Shown in pieces: positions 42,520 through 50,963 of a stretch of 63,357 nt of DNA. The position numbers and the translations under genes are program-made. The notes under the pieces are model-generated. The model ran no database searches and was not told the DNA's origin. It saw only the letters and a list, made by a program, of their open reading frames with translations. The first letter of the stretch is position 1, and the number at the start of each line of letters is the position of its first letter. The stretch comes from Thermoplasmatota archaeon (GTDB lineage Archaea; Thermoplasmatota; E2; JACPAO01; JAHFTW01), in the NCBI GenBank assembly GCA_041659985.1, contig JBAZXE010000004.1, positions 1 through 63,357 of the forward strand, read 5' to 3'.

Positions 42520-43200
42520 ATGAACCCCCTCTCCAAAGCCATCAGCACCGTCCTCGTCCTCGCCGCCGGGACCCTCGGCACATCCCTCGGGGACGGCCTT
42601 CCCTTCCCCAACCCCTTCGATGGCCCCGCCTCCACGGACGACGGCAGCGCCACCGGCAACGAGACCGGCAACAACACGACGGGGGACGGCGGCGCCGGGA
42701 ACGGCACTGCGGACAACTCCACCGCCGGAAACAACACGGCCGACGGAAACAGCACCGCGCCCGACGGCAACCAGACCGCACAGGGCAACACGACGGCCGG
42801 AAACGAGACCGCCGGGACAGGCAACGAGACGGCCGAGCCGGCCCCCGCTGCGGAACCGCCGTCGGCGGTCTGCTCGTTCAACGTCTACGAATCCGGGTAC
42901 GACTTGACGCCCAGCCACCACGAATGGGAATGGCTCGTCACCAAGGACGTGCAGCGCCTGGAGGTCACCTTCTACAGCTACGGGGGCGTCCCCGTGAGCC
43001 TCGGCGGCCAGCCCGACGTCCGCTTGATCGATGGCTCCGGGCGTACCCTCGCGCACAGCGCGTCCGGGGACGACATGCTGCACGTCGCGCTTGAACGCGG
43101 GACCGACTACCTGGCCAGCGGCCAATGGCGCCTGGTCTTCGACTCCAGCGACGCCTTCGCGGATTACTACGCCGAGGTCACCCTCGGCTGCACCGCCTAG
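42520..43200 (+). CDS. Secreted protein with an N-glycosylation-sequon-rich linker
   Basis: ATG 42520 inside ORF 42457..43200. Signal MNPLSKAISTVLVLAAG. Residues about 47-104 read GNETGNNTTGDGGAGNGTADNSTAGNNTADGNSTAPDGNQTAQGNTTAGNETAGTGNET. Confidence 0.7.
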   Translation: MNPLSKAISTVLVLAAGTLGTSLGDGLPFPNPFDGPASTDDGSATGNETGNNTTGDGGAGNGTADNSTAGNNTADGNSTAPDGNQTAQGNTTAGNETAGTGNETAEPAPAAEPPSAVCSFNVYESGYDLTPSHHEWEWLVTKDVQRLEVTFYSYGGVPVSLGGQPDVRLIDGSGRTLAHSASGDDMLHVALERGTDYLASGQWRLVFDSSDAFADYYAEVTLGCTA

Positions 43201-43757
43201 GAGACGGCTGCGGCCGTCCACACGCGGTGGACAACGACATCGTGTGCCTGCACGGGCACGGCCGCCATCACCTGGACATCGAAGCCGACGCCCCAGGCCA
43301 GGCGCAAGTCGGGGAGGAGGCGGTCGTAGAAACCGCCACCCCGGCCGAGCCGGGCGCCCTCCCGCGTCCACGCCACCGCCGGCACGATGGCGAGGTCGAC
43401 CGCAGCGGGCGCGATGACGGGTAGCGACACGTCCGGCTCATGGATGCCGAAGGCCCCGCCCGGGCGCAAGTCCGTCCAGGCCCGCACCTCGTGCAAGACC
43501 AAGCGGTCCGGTCCGGCCACGCGCGGCATCGCGACGCGCTTGCCAGCCCGCCAGGCACCGTTGGCAAGGCCGACCGTGGAGAACTCGCCCGGCAGGTTGC
43601 GATACAGGAGGATGGTGCCGGCGGCGCGCCACTCGGGAGAGTCCTGGATGGCCGCCGTGACCAGCTCCTCCTCGAGGGCCCGCTGGGCTGGTCGGAGCTG
43701 GCCGAGGCGACGCAGCACCTCGGAACGGAGCCGCTTCTTTTCCGCGGCTGCGTCCAC
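43197..43757 (-). CDS. 5-formyltetrahydrofolate cyclo-ligase
   Basis: GTG 43757 inside the 727-aa ORF 43197..45380. VDLAIVPAVAWTREGARLGRGGGFYDRLL. Shares CTAG (43197..43200) as a mutual stop with the convergent gene. Confidence 0.8.
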   Translation of the reverse strand: MDAAAEKKRLRSEVLRRLGQLRPAQRALEEELVTAAIQDSPEWRAAGTILLYRNLPGEFSTVGLANGAWRAGKRVAMPRVAGPDRLVLHEVRAWTDLRPGGAFGIHEPDVSLPVIAPAAVDLAIVPAVAWTREGARLGRGGGFYDRLLPDLRLAWGVGFDVQVMAAVPVQAHDVVVHRVWTAAAVS

Positions 43758-43884
43758 GCACGGCGAAGACCGCGTGCCCGTTTCAGGTCTCGCCCCTACG
43801 ACCGGATGAGGCTTGTTTGGTGGGTCCGCCCGAGGCGGACCCGCCAGCCGTTTCCAAAGGGCGCAGCCCTTTGGGGGCGAACCC

Positions 43885-43892
43885 GTTATAGC
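43885..43892 (+). promoter_or_regulatory. TATA box GTTATAGC for purP
   Basis: TTATA centre is 26 nt upstream of ATG 43914, which implies a leaderless mRNA. Confidence 0.5.
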
Positions 43893-43913
43893 ACACCGCG
43901 CCGTCGGAGCGAC

Positions 43914-45014
43914 ATGGGACAGGAGAAGGCACAGGCGCGGGCCCCGGGCAAACCGGAGGTCGCCGCGTGGCTGCGGGGCTACGACCCCAAGGACCTCACC
44001 ATCGCGACGGCGGTGAGCCACAGCAGCCTGCAGATTTTTCACGGCGCCAAGCTCGAGGGCTTCAAGACGCTGGGAATCGCCGCCGGCGGGCGCGACATCC
44101 GCTACTACGACGCCTTCCCCAAGGCCAAGCCGGACCGCATGCTGCAGTTGGGCAAGTACCAGGATCTCGTCGGCCTGGCGGAGGAACTGCGTGCCGAGAA
44201 CGTCATCCTCGTCCCGCACGGCTCGCTGGTCGAATACCTCGGGCCTGACAACTACGTCAACATCGGCCTGCCCATCTACGGCAACCGCCAGGTCCTGCAC
44301 TGGGAATCCGACCGCGACCTGCAGCGCGAATGGCTCGAGGCGGCCAACATCCGCATGCCGCGCAAGGTCGAGCACGCCAAGGACATCCAGGAGCCGGTCA
44401 TCGTCAAGTACCACGGCGCCAAGGGCGGCCGCGGCTTCTTCATCGCCAAGACGCCGGACGACTTCAAGCGCCACATCCAGCCCGGCGAGCCGTACACGAT
44501 CCAGGAGTTCGTGCTCGGGACGCGCTACTACCTGCACTACTTCCACAGCCCCATCACCAAGGACGGCTACAAGGTCAACGACGGAACGCTGCAGCTCCTT
44601 TCCATCGACCGCCGTGACGAGTCGAACATCGACGAGATGGGCCGCCTGGGAACGCACCGCGACCTCGAGGAAATCGGAATCGCGCCGACCTTCGTCGTCA
44701 CCGGCAACATCCCGATGGTCATCCGCGAGTCCCTGCTGCCCGAGGTCTTCCGCATGGGCGAGGACGTCGTCAAGGAAGCCGCGAAACGCTTCGGCGGCCT
44801 GTGGGGCCCCTTCTGCTTGGAGACTGTCGTCACCGACAAGCTGGAGTTCCGCGTCTTCGAAATCAGCGCCCGCATCGTGGCCGGCACCAACCCGTTCATC
44901 GGCGGCTCGCCGTACTCGGAAATGATTGCGCCCGGCCTCAGCACGGGTCGCCGCATTGCTCAAGAGATTAAGCAGGCGGCCGCAACCGGGCAGCTTGGAA
45001 AAATCCTCAGCTAG
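43914..45014 (+). CDS. purP: 5-formaminoimidazole-4-carboxamide ribonucleotide (FAICAR) synthetase PurP
   Basis: ATG 43914 inside ORF 43440..45014. IATAVSHSSLQIFHGAKLEGF, VKYHGAKGGRGFFIA, FCLETVVTDKLEFRVFEISARIVAGTN. Archaea-specific ATP-grasp enzyme. Confidence 0.9.
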   Translation: MGQEKAQARAPGKPEVAAWLRGYDPKDLTIATAVSHSSLQIFHGAKLEGFKTLGIAAGGRDIRYYDAFPKAKPDRMLQLGKYQDLVGLAEELRAENVILVPHGSLVEYLGPDNYVNIGLPIYGNRQVLHWESDRDLQREWLEAANIRMPRKVEHAKDIQEPVIVKYHGAKGGRGFFIAKTPDDFKRHIQPGEPYTIQEFVLGTRYYLHYFHSPITKDGYKVNDGTLQLLSIDRRDESNIDEMGRLGTHRDLEEIGIAPTFVVTGNIPMVIRESLLPEVFRMGEDVVKEAAKRFGGLWGPFCLETVVTDKLEFRVFEISARIVAGTNPFIGGSPYSEMIAPGLSTGRRIAQEIKQAAATGQLGKILS

Positions 45015-45190
45015 ACCTTCGTCGCGATGAGGTAGGCGATGATGCCGAAGCCCAGCGCCGTGTAGACGAGGACGATCCAGTTCGCCCACTTCAAAAACCG
45101 CGCGCGGCGGGCGGCCGACGGATTCGAAGCCCCGAGGCCGTCGCGCTCCTGCGGCCGGGTGGGGTCGAACTTGGAGAAGGCCACGCGCAT
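45011..45190 (-). CDS. Possible 59-aa tail-anchored membrane protein (below the ORF-track cutoff)
   Basis: My translation: MRVAFSKFDPTRPQERDGLGASNPSAARRARFLKWANWIVLVYTALGFGIIAYLIATKV. Shares CTAG as a mutual stop with purP. Confidence 0.35.
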   Translation of the reverse strand: MRVAFSKFDPTRPQERDGLGASNPSAARRARFLKWANWIVLVYTALGFGIIAYLIATKV

Positions 45191-45256
45191 GGCGACTTCG
45201 AGGGCCTACATGATTCTGAGGGAAGGGCCAAGAACGGCGCCCGGCGTCGCCGACTC

Positions 45257-45610
45257 GTGCCTGGCAAGGATCGCCTCTACCTCCTGAAACCCGACTTCCT
45301 CGACGGCGGCAACAAGTTCTTCTGTGCCGAATGCGCGATGGTGGAAGGCATGCTGAGCTTCTACCCGCAGTTGCGCTCACAGCTCGACGTCAAGTACATC
45401 GCCTACGCCAAACCGCGGCCGGAAATTGTCTCCGAGCTCGGTGCCGAACACCAGTCCTCGCCCTGCCTCGTCGTGGCCGACGCGCAACGCGCCGCCCGCT
45501 TGGCCCCAAACGTCCCGCTGCAATCCTCCAACGGCAAATCGTTCGTCAACGACCCGCACCTCGTTTGCAACTACCTCGCTGCCACGCTGGGCACTGGAAA
45601 GCCGCACTGA
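45257..45610 (+). CDS. DUF3088-family protein
   Basis: LYLLKPDFLDGGNKFFCAECAMVEGMLSFYPQL. GTG start. Confidence 0.7.
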   Translation: MPGKDRLYLLKPDFLDGGNKFFCAECAMVEGMLSFYPQLRSQLDVKYIAYAKPRPEIVSELGAEHQSSPCLVVADAQRAARLAPNVPLQSSNGKSFVNDPHLVCNYLAATLGTGKPH

Positions 45611-45636
45611 ACTCGACGACTCCCAAACAGGGATTA

Positions 45637-45683
45637 CGGGGAAAACGGGGACTCAGATTCCCCGGGCTTCCCCGAAATCCCCG
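45637..45683. promoter_or_regulatory. Phased hexamer array: 2x CGGGGA followed by 3x TCCCCG at 9-10-nt spacing
   Basis: CGGGGA at 45637 and 45646. TCCCCG at 45659, 45669 and 45678. Lies between the DUF3088 stop and the nep1 start. It could also fold as an interrupted hairpin. Confidence 0.35.
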
Positions 45684-45732
45684 TTTCGTCGGCGGCGGTA
45701 GGGTCATGGGGGAGGGCCGGTCTGGACGACCT

Positions 45733-46404
45733 ATGCTGAAAGTCCTGCTCGTTGGCGCGGAGCTCGAACTTGTGCCGCACGAAATCGCTGGCCACCCCGC
45801 CGTGCGCATGAACCTGCAGGCCGGCCGCAAACCGTCCGAGGTCCTCCTCGACCAGAATCTGCACGCGACCGCAAGCCGGCCATTGCCCGGCGGCGAACGG
45901 CGCGGCCGCCCCGACATCGTGCACTACACGCTGCTGACGTTGCTTGAATCGCCAGTTGCGAAAGCCGGCAAACTCGAGGTCGCCGTGCACACGCGCGACA
46001 ACGAGCTCATTCGCATCCGCACCGACACGCGCCTGCCGCGCGGCGAGGCCCGCATGCACGGCCTCCTTGCCAAAGTGCTGCGCGACGGGCGCAGCCAAGA
46101 CAAGGAGCCCCTGGTTTGGGTCGAGGCGACGATGACGCCACCCAAGGTGCTGGAGGCCTTCGCCAAGGGCCCCGTGCTGCGTCTCGACGAGGGCGGCACC
46201 GCGCTGTCGCCGGCCGAGGTCGTGGGGCGCGCCGTGGGTGGCGACTTGACCCTCGTTCTTGGCGGGTTCCCGTCCGGGGACTTCTCCCCCGCTTGGAAAG
46301 ACGCGGCGCCCGACGCAGTCTCCATCTGGAAGGAACCGCTCAACGCGTGGGCCGTGGCCGGCGAACTGGTCGCGGCATGGCGGGCCAAGCATGGGCCGGC
46401 GTGA
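45733..46404 (+). CDS. nep1: Ribosomal RNA small-subunit pseudouridine methyltransferase Nep1/EMG1
   Basis: ATG 45733 (alternative 45706) inside ORF 45331..46404. GRPDIVHYTLLTLLESPVAKAGKLEVAVHT. Confidence 0.85.
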   Translation: MLKVLLVGAELELVPHEIAGHPAVRMNLQAGRKPSEVLLDQNLHATASRPLPGGERRGRPDIVHYTLLTLLESPVAKAGKLEVAVHTRDNELIRIRTDTRLPRGEARMHGLLAKVLRDGRSQDKEPLVWVEATMTPPKVLEAFAKGPVLRLDEGGTALSPAEVVGRAVGGDLTLVLGGFPSGDFSPAWKDAAPDAVSIWKEPLNAWAVAGELVAAWRAKHGPA

Positions 46405-46407
46405 CCG

Positions 46408-47088
46408 TTAAGGCTGCTTGGGTTCAACGGCGGCGGGAAGGGCTTCGGCGGGCGTGGGCGCGGGAGTCGGTTCAATGACCTCGCTGGGCCAGCGCCGCAT
46501 CACGATGGCGACGCCGAGGAACCACGCAAGGATGGCGGCCACCATGATGCGCTGCGTGATGCCGACGACGAGCGGCGACAACCACATTTCCGATAGTTGG
46601 TAGGCCGTCTGTGCGAGGGCGGCGAGCAGGCCCATGCCGAGGGTGAAGTTGGCCAGCGGACGCCACTGTTCGTGGGCGCGAAGGCCGGGCACGAGGGCCA
46701 GCATGGCCGCCGTGACGAAGAAGAAGAGTGGGAACACGGAGAACTGGTGCACGTTGCCCGACAGGGTCGTGTCGCCGGTGGCGTCGACGGGGAACGTGGC
46801 CACGAGGAGGCCGAAGGGGACGGCAAGAAGCAGGAGCCCGATTCCGGCCTGCGAACTCCAGCCGCGCGGCAGCGTGCGACGCAGGCAGAGCATGGCGGAG
46901 ACGACGGCGAGGACGAAAGCGTAAGCTCCGGCGAAGAAAATGAGCCCGTACTGAGTTCGGGCGAAGTCGCTCATGTGCTCCGGCAGGTGCCGGATCTTCA
47001 GGATGTGGAGGACCAGCAGGCAGCCCAGGAAAACCAAGGTGCCCCCCAACGCGAGCAATGAAAGCTTGCGGTGGGGGCGCGCGTGCAT
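46408..47088 (-). CDS. Polytopic membrane protein (DUF998-like?)
   Basis: 226 aa, six hydrophobic segments. A CTTAAG box at 47114..47119 lies 28 nt upstream. Confidence 0.7.
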   Translation of the reverse strand: MHARPHRKLSLLALGGTLVFLGCLLVLHILKIRHLPEHMSDFARTQYGLIFFAGAYAFVLAVVSAMLCLRRTLPRGWSSQAGIGLLLLAVPFGLLVATFPVDATGDTTLSGNVHQFSVFPLFFFVTAAMLALVPGLRAHEQWRPLANFTLGMGLLAALAQTAYQLSEMWLSPLVVGITQRIMVAAILAWFLGVAIVMRRWPSEVIEPTPAPTPAEALPAAVEPKQP

Positions 47089-47113
47089 CAGGGGAGATTG
47101 CCCTGGCCGGACA

Positions 47114-47119
47114 CTTAAG
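47114..47119 (-). promoter_or_regulatory. TATA-like box CTTAAG
   Basis: Centre is 28-29 nt upstream of ATG 47088. Confidence 0.45.
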
Positions 47120-47234
47120 GTTGGTCGGACAACGCTCTAAGGGAAGCTCCAGGGGGGTTGACCGGTCCGACCCTTGCGCGAACCAATTGATGCGTCCCTG
47201 TGGCGCGCTCAAACTGACCGAATCGACCCCGTAG

Positions 47235-47705
47235 TCAACCGGAGGACGGCAGCGGCGTGCAGCCGCTGGCGATGAGGGAGAGCGTGTACGTGACTTGGGC
47301 CGCGATGGGCGCCCCCTCGAGTTCAAGGGTATAGTTGCCCGTCGTTTGGACGCGGCCTCCCGTGCTCGACCAGGTCTGACCGGTCTCGACTTCGCTCGCG
47401 GTCGGCCCGTCGTAGCGGGCGTTGATGTCGCCCCCGGCGGCGGCCCACGTCGCCACGGCGGTCAAGGTCTGGCCGGCGCGGGCCGGCACGGTGATGCGGG
47501 CAATCGGGCCGAAAGGCTCACGCACCTCATCGGGAACGGAAGCGGACATCAAGAGGTCGGCCTGTGCGGCGACGACGACGGCCTGGTTGGACGAGCAGTC
47601 CAATCCGACTTGAAAGACGCCGCCCGAGGAATCAATGCAGCCCGAGACGGCAATCGCGAGCAAAGCCAACAACCAACGCATAGCCCGACGTCGAAGCGGC
47701 CCCAT
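47235..47705 (-). CDS. Small secreted lipoprotein
   Basis: ATG 47705 (or 47681) inside ORF 47235..47804. MRWLLALLAIAVSGC lipobox. Confidence 0.65.
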   Translation of the reverse strand: MGPLRRRAMRWLLALLAIAVSGCIDSSGGVFQVGLDCSSNQAVVVAAQADLLMSASVPDEVREPFGPIARITVPARAGQTLTAVATWAAAGGDINARYDGPTASEVETGQTWSSTGGRVQTTGNYTLELEGAPIAAQVTYTLSLIASGCTPLPSSG

Positions 47706-47742
47706 TTCAACTCTGCGGGCCAACCGTTGGCCGCGCGCCGGC

Positions 47743-48369
47743 CTATTTCGTCTTCGCCTTGATGCGCTTGAGCGTGAACAAGCTCTCGCGCTCCATTTCC
47801 TCAAGGCGCAGGGCGATGAACTTCTTGATCTCGTCCAACTCGGGCAACACCTTGAACTCCAAGGCGTTGACGCGGCGCTTCGTCTTCTCGACCTCGTCGA
47901 GGAGGCGCTTGATGGCGGTCTCCAGTTCGGCAGCCAGGATGACCTGCTCGACGAGGGCTTCGTAGCCGCCTACGGCGTCGTCGATGGCGGGGCTGGTGCC
48001 GATGAGGCCGTAGCCGCGTTCGCTGAGGGGGTGGCGCACGGAGGTTGCCGTGATCTTCGGCACCTTGACGCCCATGATGTTGTGCTCCTTCAGGTGGACC
48101 TGGGGAGGCTTGGTGACGGTGAAGGCGACGGAGCGGACGGCGATGGCGCCATCGGTGGCCGCGGCCATATTGATGGATTCCTGGGCGGCCGCGTAGCGCT
48201 TGATGAGGTCGCTGCGAATCGACTTGACCTTCGGGAGGATGGCGAAAATCTCGTACATCAGGCCGTCGCGCTTCTTCTTCAGAAGGTTGTAGCCGGACTT
48301 GGACAGCGCAATCTTGCGCTTGACGTTGATGAGCTCAGAGCGTGTCGGGGTGACGTTCTGGGCGGCCAT
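47743..48369 (-). CDS. atpD: A/V-type ATP synthase subunit D
   Basis: ATG 48369 inside ORF 47743..48426. PTRSELINVKRKIALSKSGYNLLKKKRDGL ... TKRRVNALEFKVLPEL. Confidence 0.9.
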   Translation of the reverse strand: MAAQNVTPTRSELINVKRKIALSKSGYNLLKKKRDGLMYEIFAILPKVKSIRSDLIKRYAAAQESINMAAATDGAIAVRSVAFTVTKPPQVHLKEHNIMGVKVPKITATSVRHPLSERGYGLIGTSPAIDDAVGGYEALVEQVILAAELETAIKRLLDEVEKTKRRVNALEFKVLPELDEIKKFIALRLEEMERESLFTLKRIKAKTK

Positions 48370-48512
48370 GGGATGAACGCGCCGACTTGGACCTCGGTCA
48401 TAAGCGTTGGCCGAACCCCAAACCAAGGCCCGAGCTGGCGGGCCGGGGAACGGCCCCGGAGCCAGTCCCCTGCGGGAATCCCCGGGAAAAAGGGGAAAGG
48501 TGGACGGATGGC

Positions 48513-48749
48513 CTACGCTTCGGCTTCCATGCCGCGGCGGTCCTTGCCCTCGGCGGGGACTTCCGGGGCGGCGGGCCTTTCGGCCTTGGGCTCGTCAGCG
48601 CGCCCCTTGTGGCGGTCCTGGTTGGCCTGCCGGTTCTGGTCGGCGTCGCGGCCGCCCTCATAGCGGCCCTTGGCGTGGTCTGCCCTGAGGTCATCCTTGC
48701 TGTGCTCCCTCTTCTCGTCCTTCCTAGTGGCTTGCTTTGAGGCATCCAT
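48513..48749 (-). CDS. Small highly charged, probably disordered protein
   Basis: 78 aa rich in K/R/D/E/A. Third codon positions are strongly G/C. Confidence 0.45.
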   Translation of the reverse strand: MDASKQATRKDEKREHSKDDLRADHAKGRYEGGRDADQNRQANQDRHKGRADEPKAERPAAPEVPAEGKDRRGMEAEA

Positions 48750-48964
48750 GCCCGAACCTCTGACCGGCCTTGCACAAACGGCCTCCGGAATGGGGCCCCC
48801 AAGACCTTGGTTTCGCCCCCGTTTCGTTCAAATAGGCCTTCACCTGAGCGGAACCCGACCTCCATCCCTGCGCGCCGGAGACGGCCAGCCCAGCTGGCTG
48901 CCGCGGTGACTACCAGGAACGTCCGACGCCTCGCGTCGGGTGAAACGGGTCGGAGCAAACACAC

Positions 48965-49438
48965 ATGGCACAAACCATCGAGACAGTCGTCGACGGCGGC
49001 AAGGTCGCCCCCGGCCCCCTGGGCCCGGTTCTGGGCCCCACGGGCGCGAACATGGGCCAGGTCATCGCCAAGATCAACGAGGCGACGAAGGCCTACATGG
49101 GCATGAAAGTCCCCGTGAAGATCATCATCGACGACAAGAAGCAGGCCACCGTCGAGGTCGGCACGCCCCCGGTCAGTCAACTGATCATCCAGAAGACCAA
49201 GATCGAGAAGGGCTCCGGCCGCCCGAAGGACACCTTCGTCGGCAACCTGACCATCAAGCAGGCCATCGAAATCGCCGCCATGAAGGGCGACGACATGCTC
49301 GGCGGCTCCATCAAGCAGCGCGTCAAGGAAGTCGTCGGCACCTGCGTCTCCATGGGCGTCAACGTCGAGGGGCGCAACCCCCGCGAAGTCTCCATCGCCA
49401 TCGGCAAGGGCGAGTTCGACGCCCAACTGAAGGAGTAA
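48965..49438 (+). CDS. rpl11: 50S ribosomal protein L11 (uL11)
   Basis: VVDGGKVAPGPLGPVLGPTGANMGQVIAKINEATKAY ... SGRPKDTFVGNLT. Confidence 0.95.
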   Translation: MAQTIETVVDGGKVAPGPLGPVLGPTGANMGQVIAKINEATKAYMGMKVPVKIIIDDKKQATVEVGTPPVSQLIIQKTKIEKGSGRPKDTFVGNLTIKQAIEIAAMKGDDMLGGSIKQRVKEVVGTCVSMGVNVEGRNPREVSIAIGKGEFDAQLKE

Positions 49439-49451
49439 TCGTCTACGGACG

Positions 49452-49491
49452 CTTCCTCTTCCCTTCCATCCCCTTCTTCCTCCGTTTCTTC
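49452..49491 (+). terminator. Polypyrimidine tract downstream of rpl11
   Basis: CTTCCTCTTCCCTTCCATCCCCTTCTTCCTCCGTTTCTTC resembles the tract after hup. Confidence 0.4.
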
Positions 49492-49558
49492 GTCGCCTGA
49501 GGCCACCGAGCCGTCGGGCAAGCGCGTCGTCTTCTGGCTCTTCGTCGGCCTGTGGATC

Positions 49559-49717
49559 ATGACTGCCGTGACGCTCGTCTATTTCGCGCTCATCACGGAG
49601 ACCGATTTCCGGCGACGCATCTGGGTGGCGCTCGTAGTGAACCTGATGCTGCCGCTGATTGCGTGGCAGGCGTTCAGGTGGATTGAGCAGCGCCGAGTTA
49701 GAAAACAAGCTCACTAA
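49559..49717 (+). CDS. Possible 52-aa two-TM protein (below the ORF-track cutoff)
   Basis: My translation: MTAVTLVYFALITETDFRRRIWVALVVNLMLPLIAWQAFRWIEQRRVRKQAH. Speculative. Confidence 0.3.
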   Translation: MTAVTLVYFALITETDFRRRIWVALVVNLMLPLIAWQAFRWIEQRRVRKQAH

Positions 49718-49776
49718 GTAATCGAAGAAGTGGTGTCTCCAGCACAATTACATTACCCGGGCAAGTACGAGGTTAG

Positions 49777-50577
49777 ATGCCGGAGTCTAGCATGGTAAAA
49801 CGCTTGCTGGCAGACGCCGCGATTCTGGTTGCTTTGGCACCGGCACTTCTGTTCTTCATGGGCTGGCATGAAATCCGAGCCTATCAGCATCGTCTGGGGC
49901 TCCATGATGACAGTGCGTTACCTCAGACGCCGGATTTACTGATGCATGGCTTGACCTTGCTATTGTTGCCAATTGGCTGCCTTGCGGTTCTCTACGTTTT
50001 GATTTGGGTTTTGGTCAGCCGGCAAGAAAAGCGGCTTGTCGAACCGTTCGATGGAGAAATCCCGCTCTTTCCATTCATGGTCGCAGCCTCGTGGCTTGCA
50101 GCAACATTTTCGGTGACTGACATTGGAGATGGGACTCGGCAATTGATCGCCGATTTCACTTTGTTCGATCTAGTAGTCACGCTGATTGGAATCGTGTTTG
50201 CATCTGCCTTGGCTGTTGGTTCTCTCAGACCCGGAAAAATCGGCCGGCTCTTGATGGGCGATACTGTCAGCGGCACGATTGTGCTTGTTCTCCTGTTGAT
50301 TGCCGGTCTCGTCTTGCATGCGTCGTCCGTAGGAGCAGACGAAGGCTCCGACCATGCTTGGGGCTGTACGCCTTACCCCGGCGTACGCCTTCAGACGAAT
50401 ATTCACGAGCTTGATGCGAACAAGACGTACCTGCTTGTTTCTCATGAAAATGACTTCCATTACATCCGGAATCCAGACCTACCCGGCAATATCACCCTAG
50501 TCGTCGCCGTGCCAGACCAATCAATCCATTGGGCAATCTACGTTCAAGGCGAGCCTGTGCGCAAGTGTGATTCCTAG
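49777..50577 (+). CDS. Five-TM membrane protein with a C-terminal soluble domain of about 70 aa, unknown function
   Basis: 266 aa. An AT-rich box AATTACATTA at 49746..49755 lies about 27 nt upstream of the ATG. Confidence 0.6.
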   Translation: MPESSMVKRLLADAAILVALAPALLFFMGWHEIRAYQHRLGLHDDSALPQTPDLLMHGLTLLLLPIGCLAVLYVLIWVLVSRQEKRLVEPFDGEIPLFPFMVAASWLAATFSVTDIGDGTRQLIADFTLFDLVVTLIGIVFASALAVGSLRPGKIGRLLMGDTVSGTIVLVLLLIAGLVLHASSVGADEGSDHAWGCTPYPGVRLQTNIHELDANKTYLLVSHENDFHYIRNPDLPGNITLVVAVPDQSIHWAIYVQGEPVRKCDS

Positions 50578-50586
50578 AACAGGCTT

Positions 50587-50913
50587 TCAGCCGGGCTTGT
50601 TGGCGCTTGCTAGCCAATAACCAATGGCAGTCCCCAAGAAACCCGTCAATGCCTCGGGCGGCAGGCGATCAACCCAGGTCAATGCGCCCAGCAGGAATGT
50701 GACCACAATCAGTGTCAAGTAATTCCAGGCAAGGCGAGTTTTGTTGACCACGAACCCTCGGTGGCTCCAAGATTCAACAATTTTCTCGGTCATTCCGAGG
50801 AACTTGTCAATGTGTTCCTGCGTCAGATTCTTGGCGACGGCCTCAGCAATTGGACCTGCGGGCATAGCGTCTTCTTCGTCGTCATCCAAATCTGGCTCGG
50901 GTTTCCTGGCCAT
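50587..50913 (-). CDS. Small protein with an acidic N-terminus and two C-terminal TM helices
   Basis: ATG 50913 inside ORF 50587..50967 (MARKPEPDLDDDEEDAM...). A CCTAAG box (50938..50943) lies 27-28 nt upstream. Confidence 0.5.
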   Translation of the reverse strand: MARKPEPDLDDDEEDAMPAGPIAEAVAKNLTQEHIDKFLGMTEKIVESWSHRGFVVNKTRLAWNYLTLIVVTFLLGALTWVDRLPPEALTGFLGTAIGYWLASANKPG

Positions 50914-50963
50914 GCTGACGATACGCAAACAAGCAGGCTTAGGGTTTTGCAACCCTGCCGAAT

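Noticed and set aside
43758-45380. Upper part of the 727-aa minus-strand ORF 43197..45380
   Set aside because: It is antisense to purP. Only the last 186 codons (5-formyl-THF cyclo-ligase motifs) are credible.
48398-49747. 449-aa minus-strand ORF, and 47635..48663 on the + strand
   Set aside because: They are antisense to rpl11 and atpD respectively. Arg/Gly/Asp-rich.
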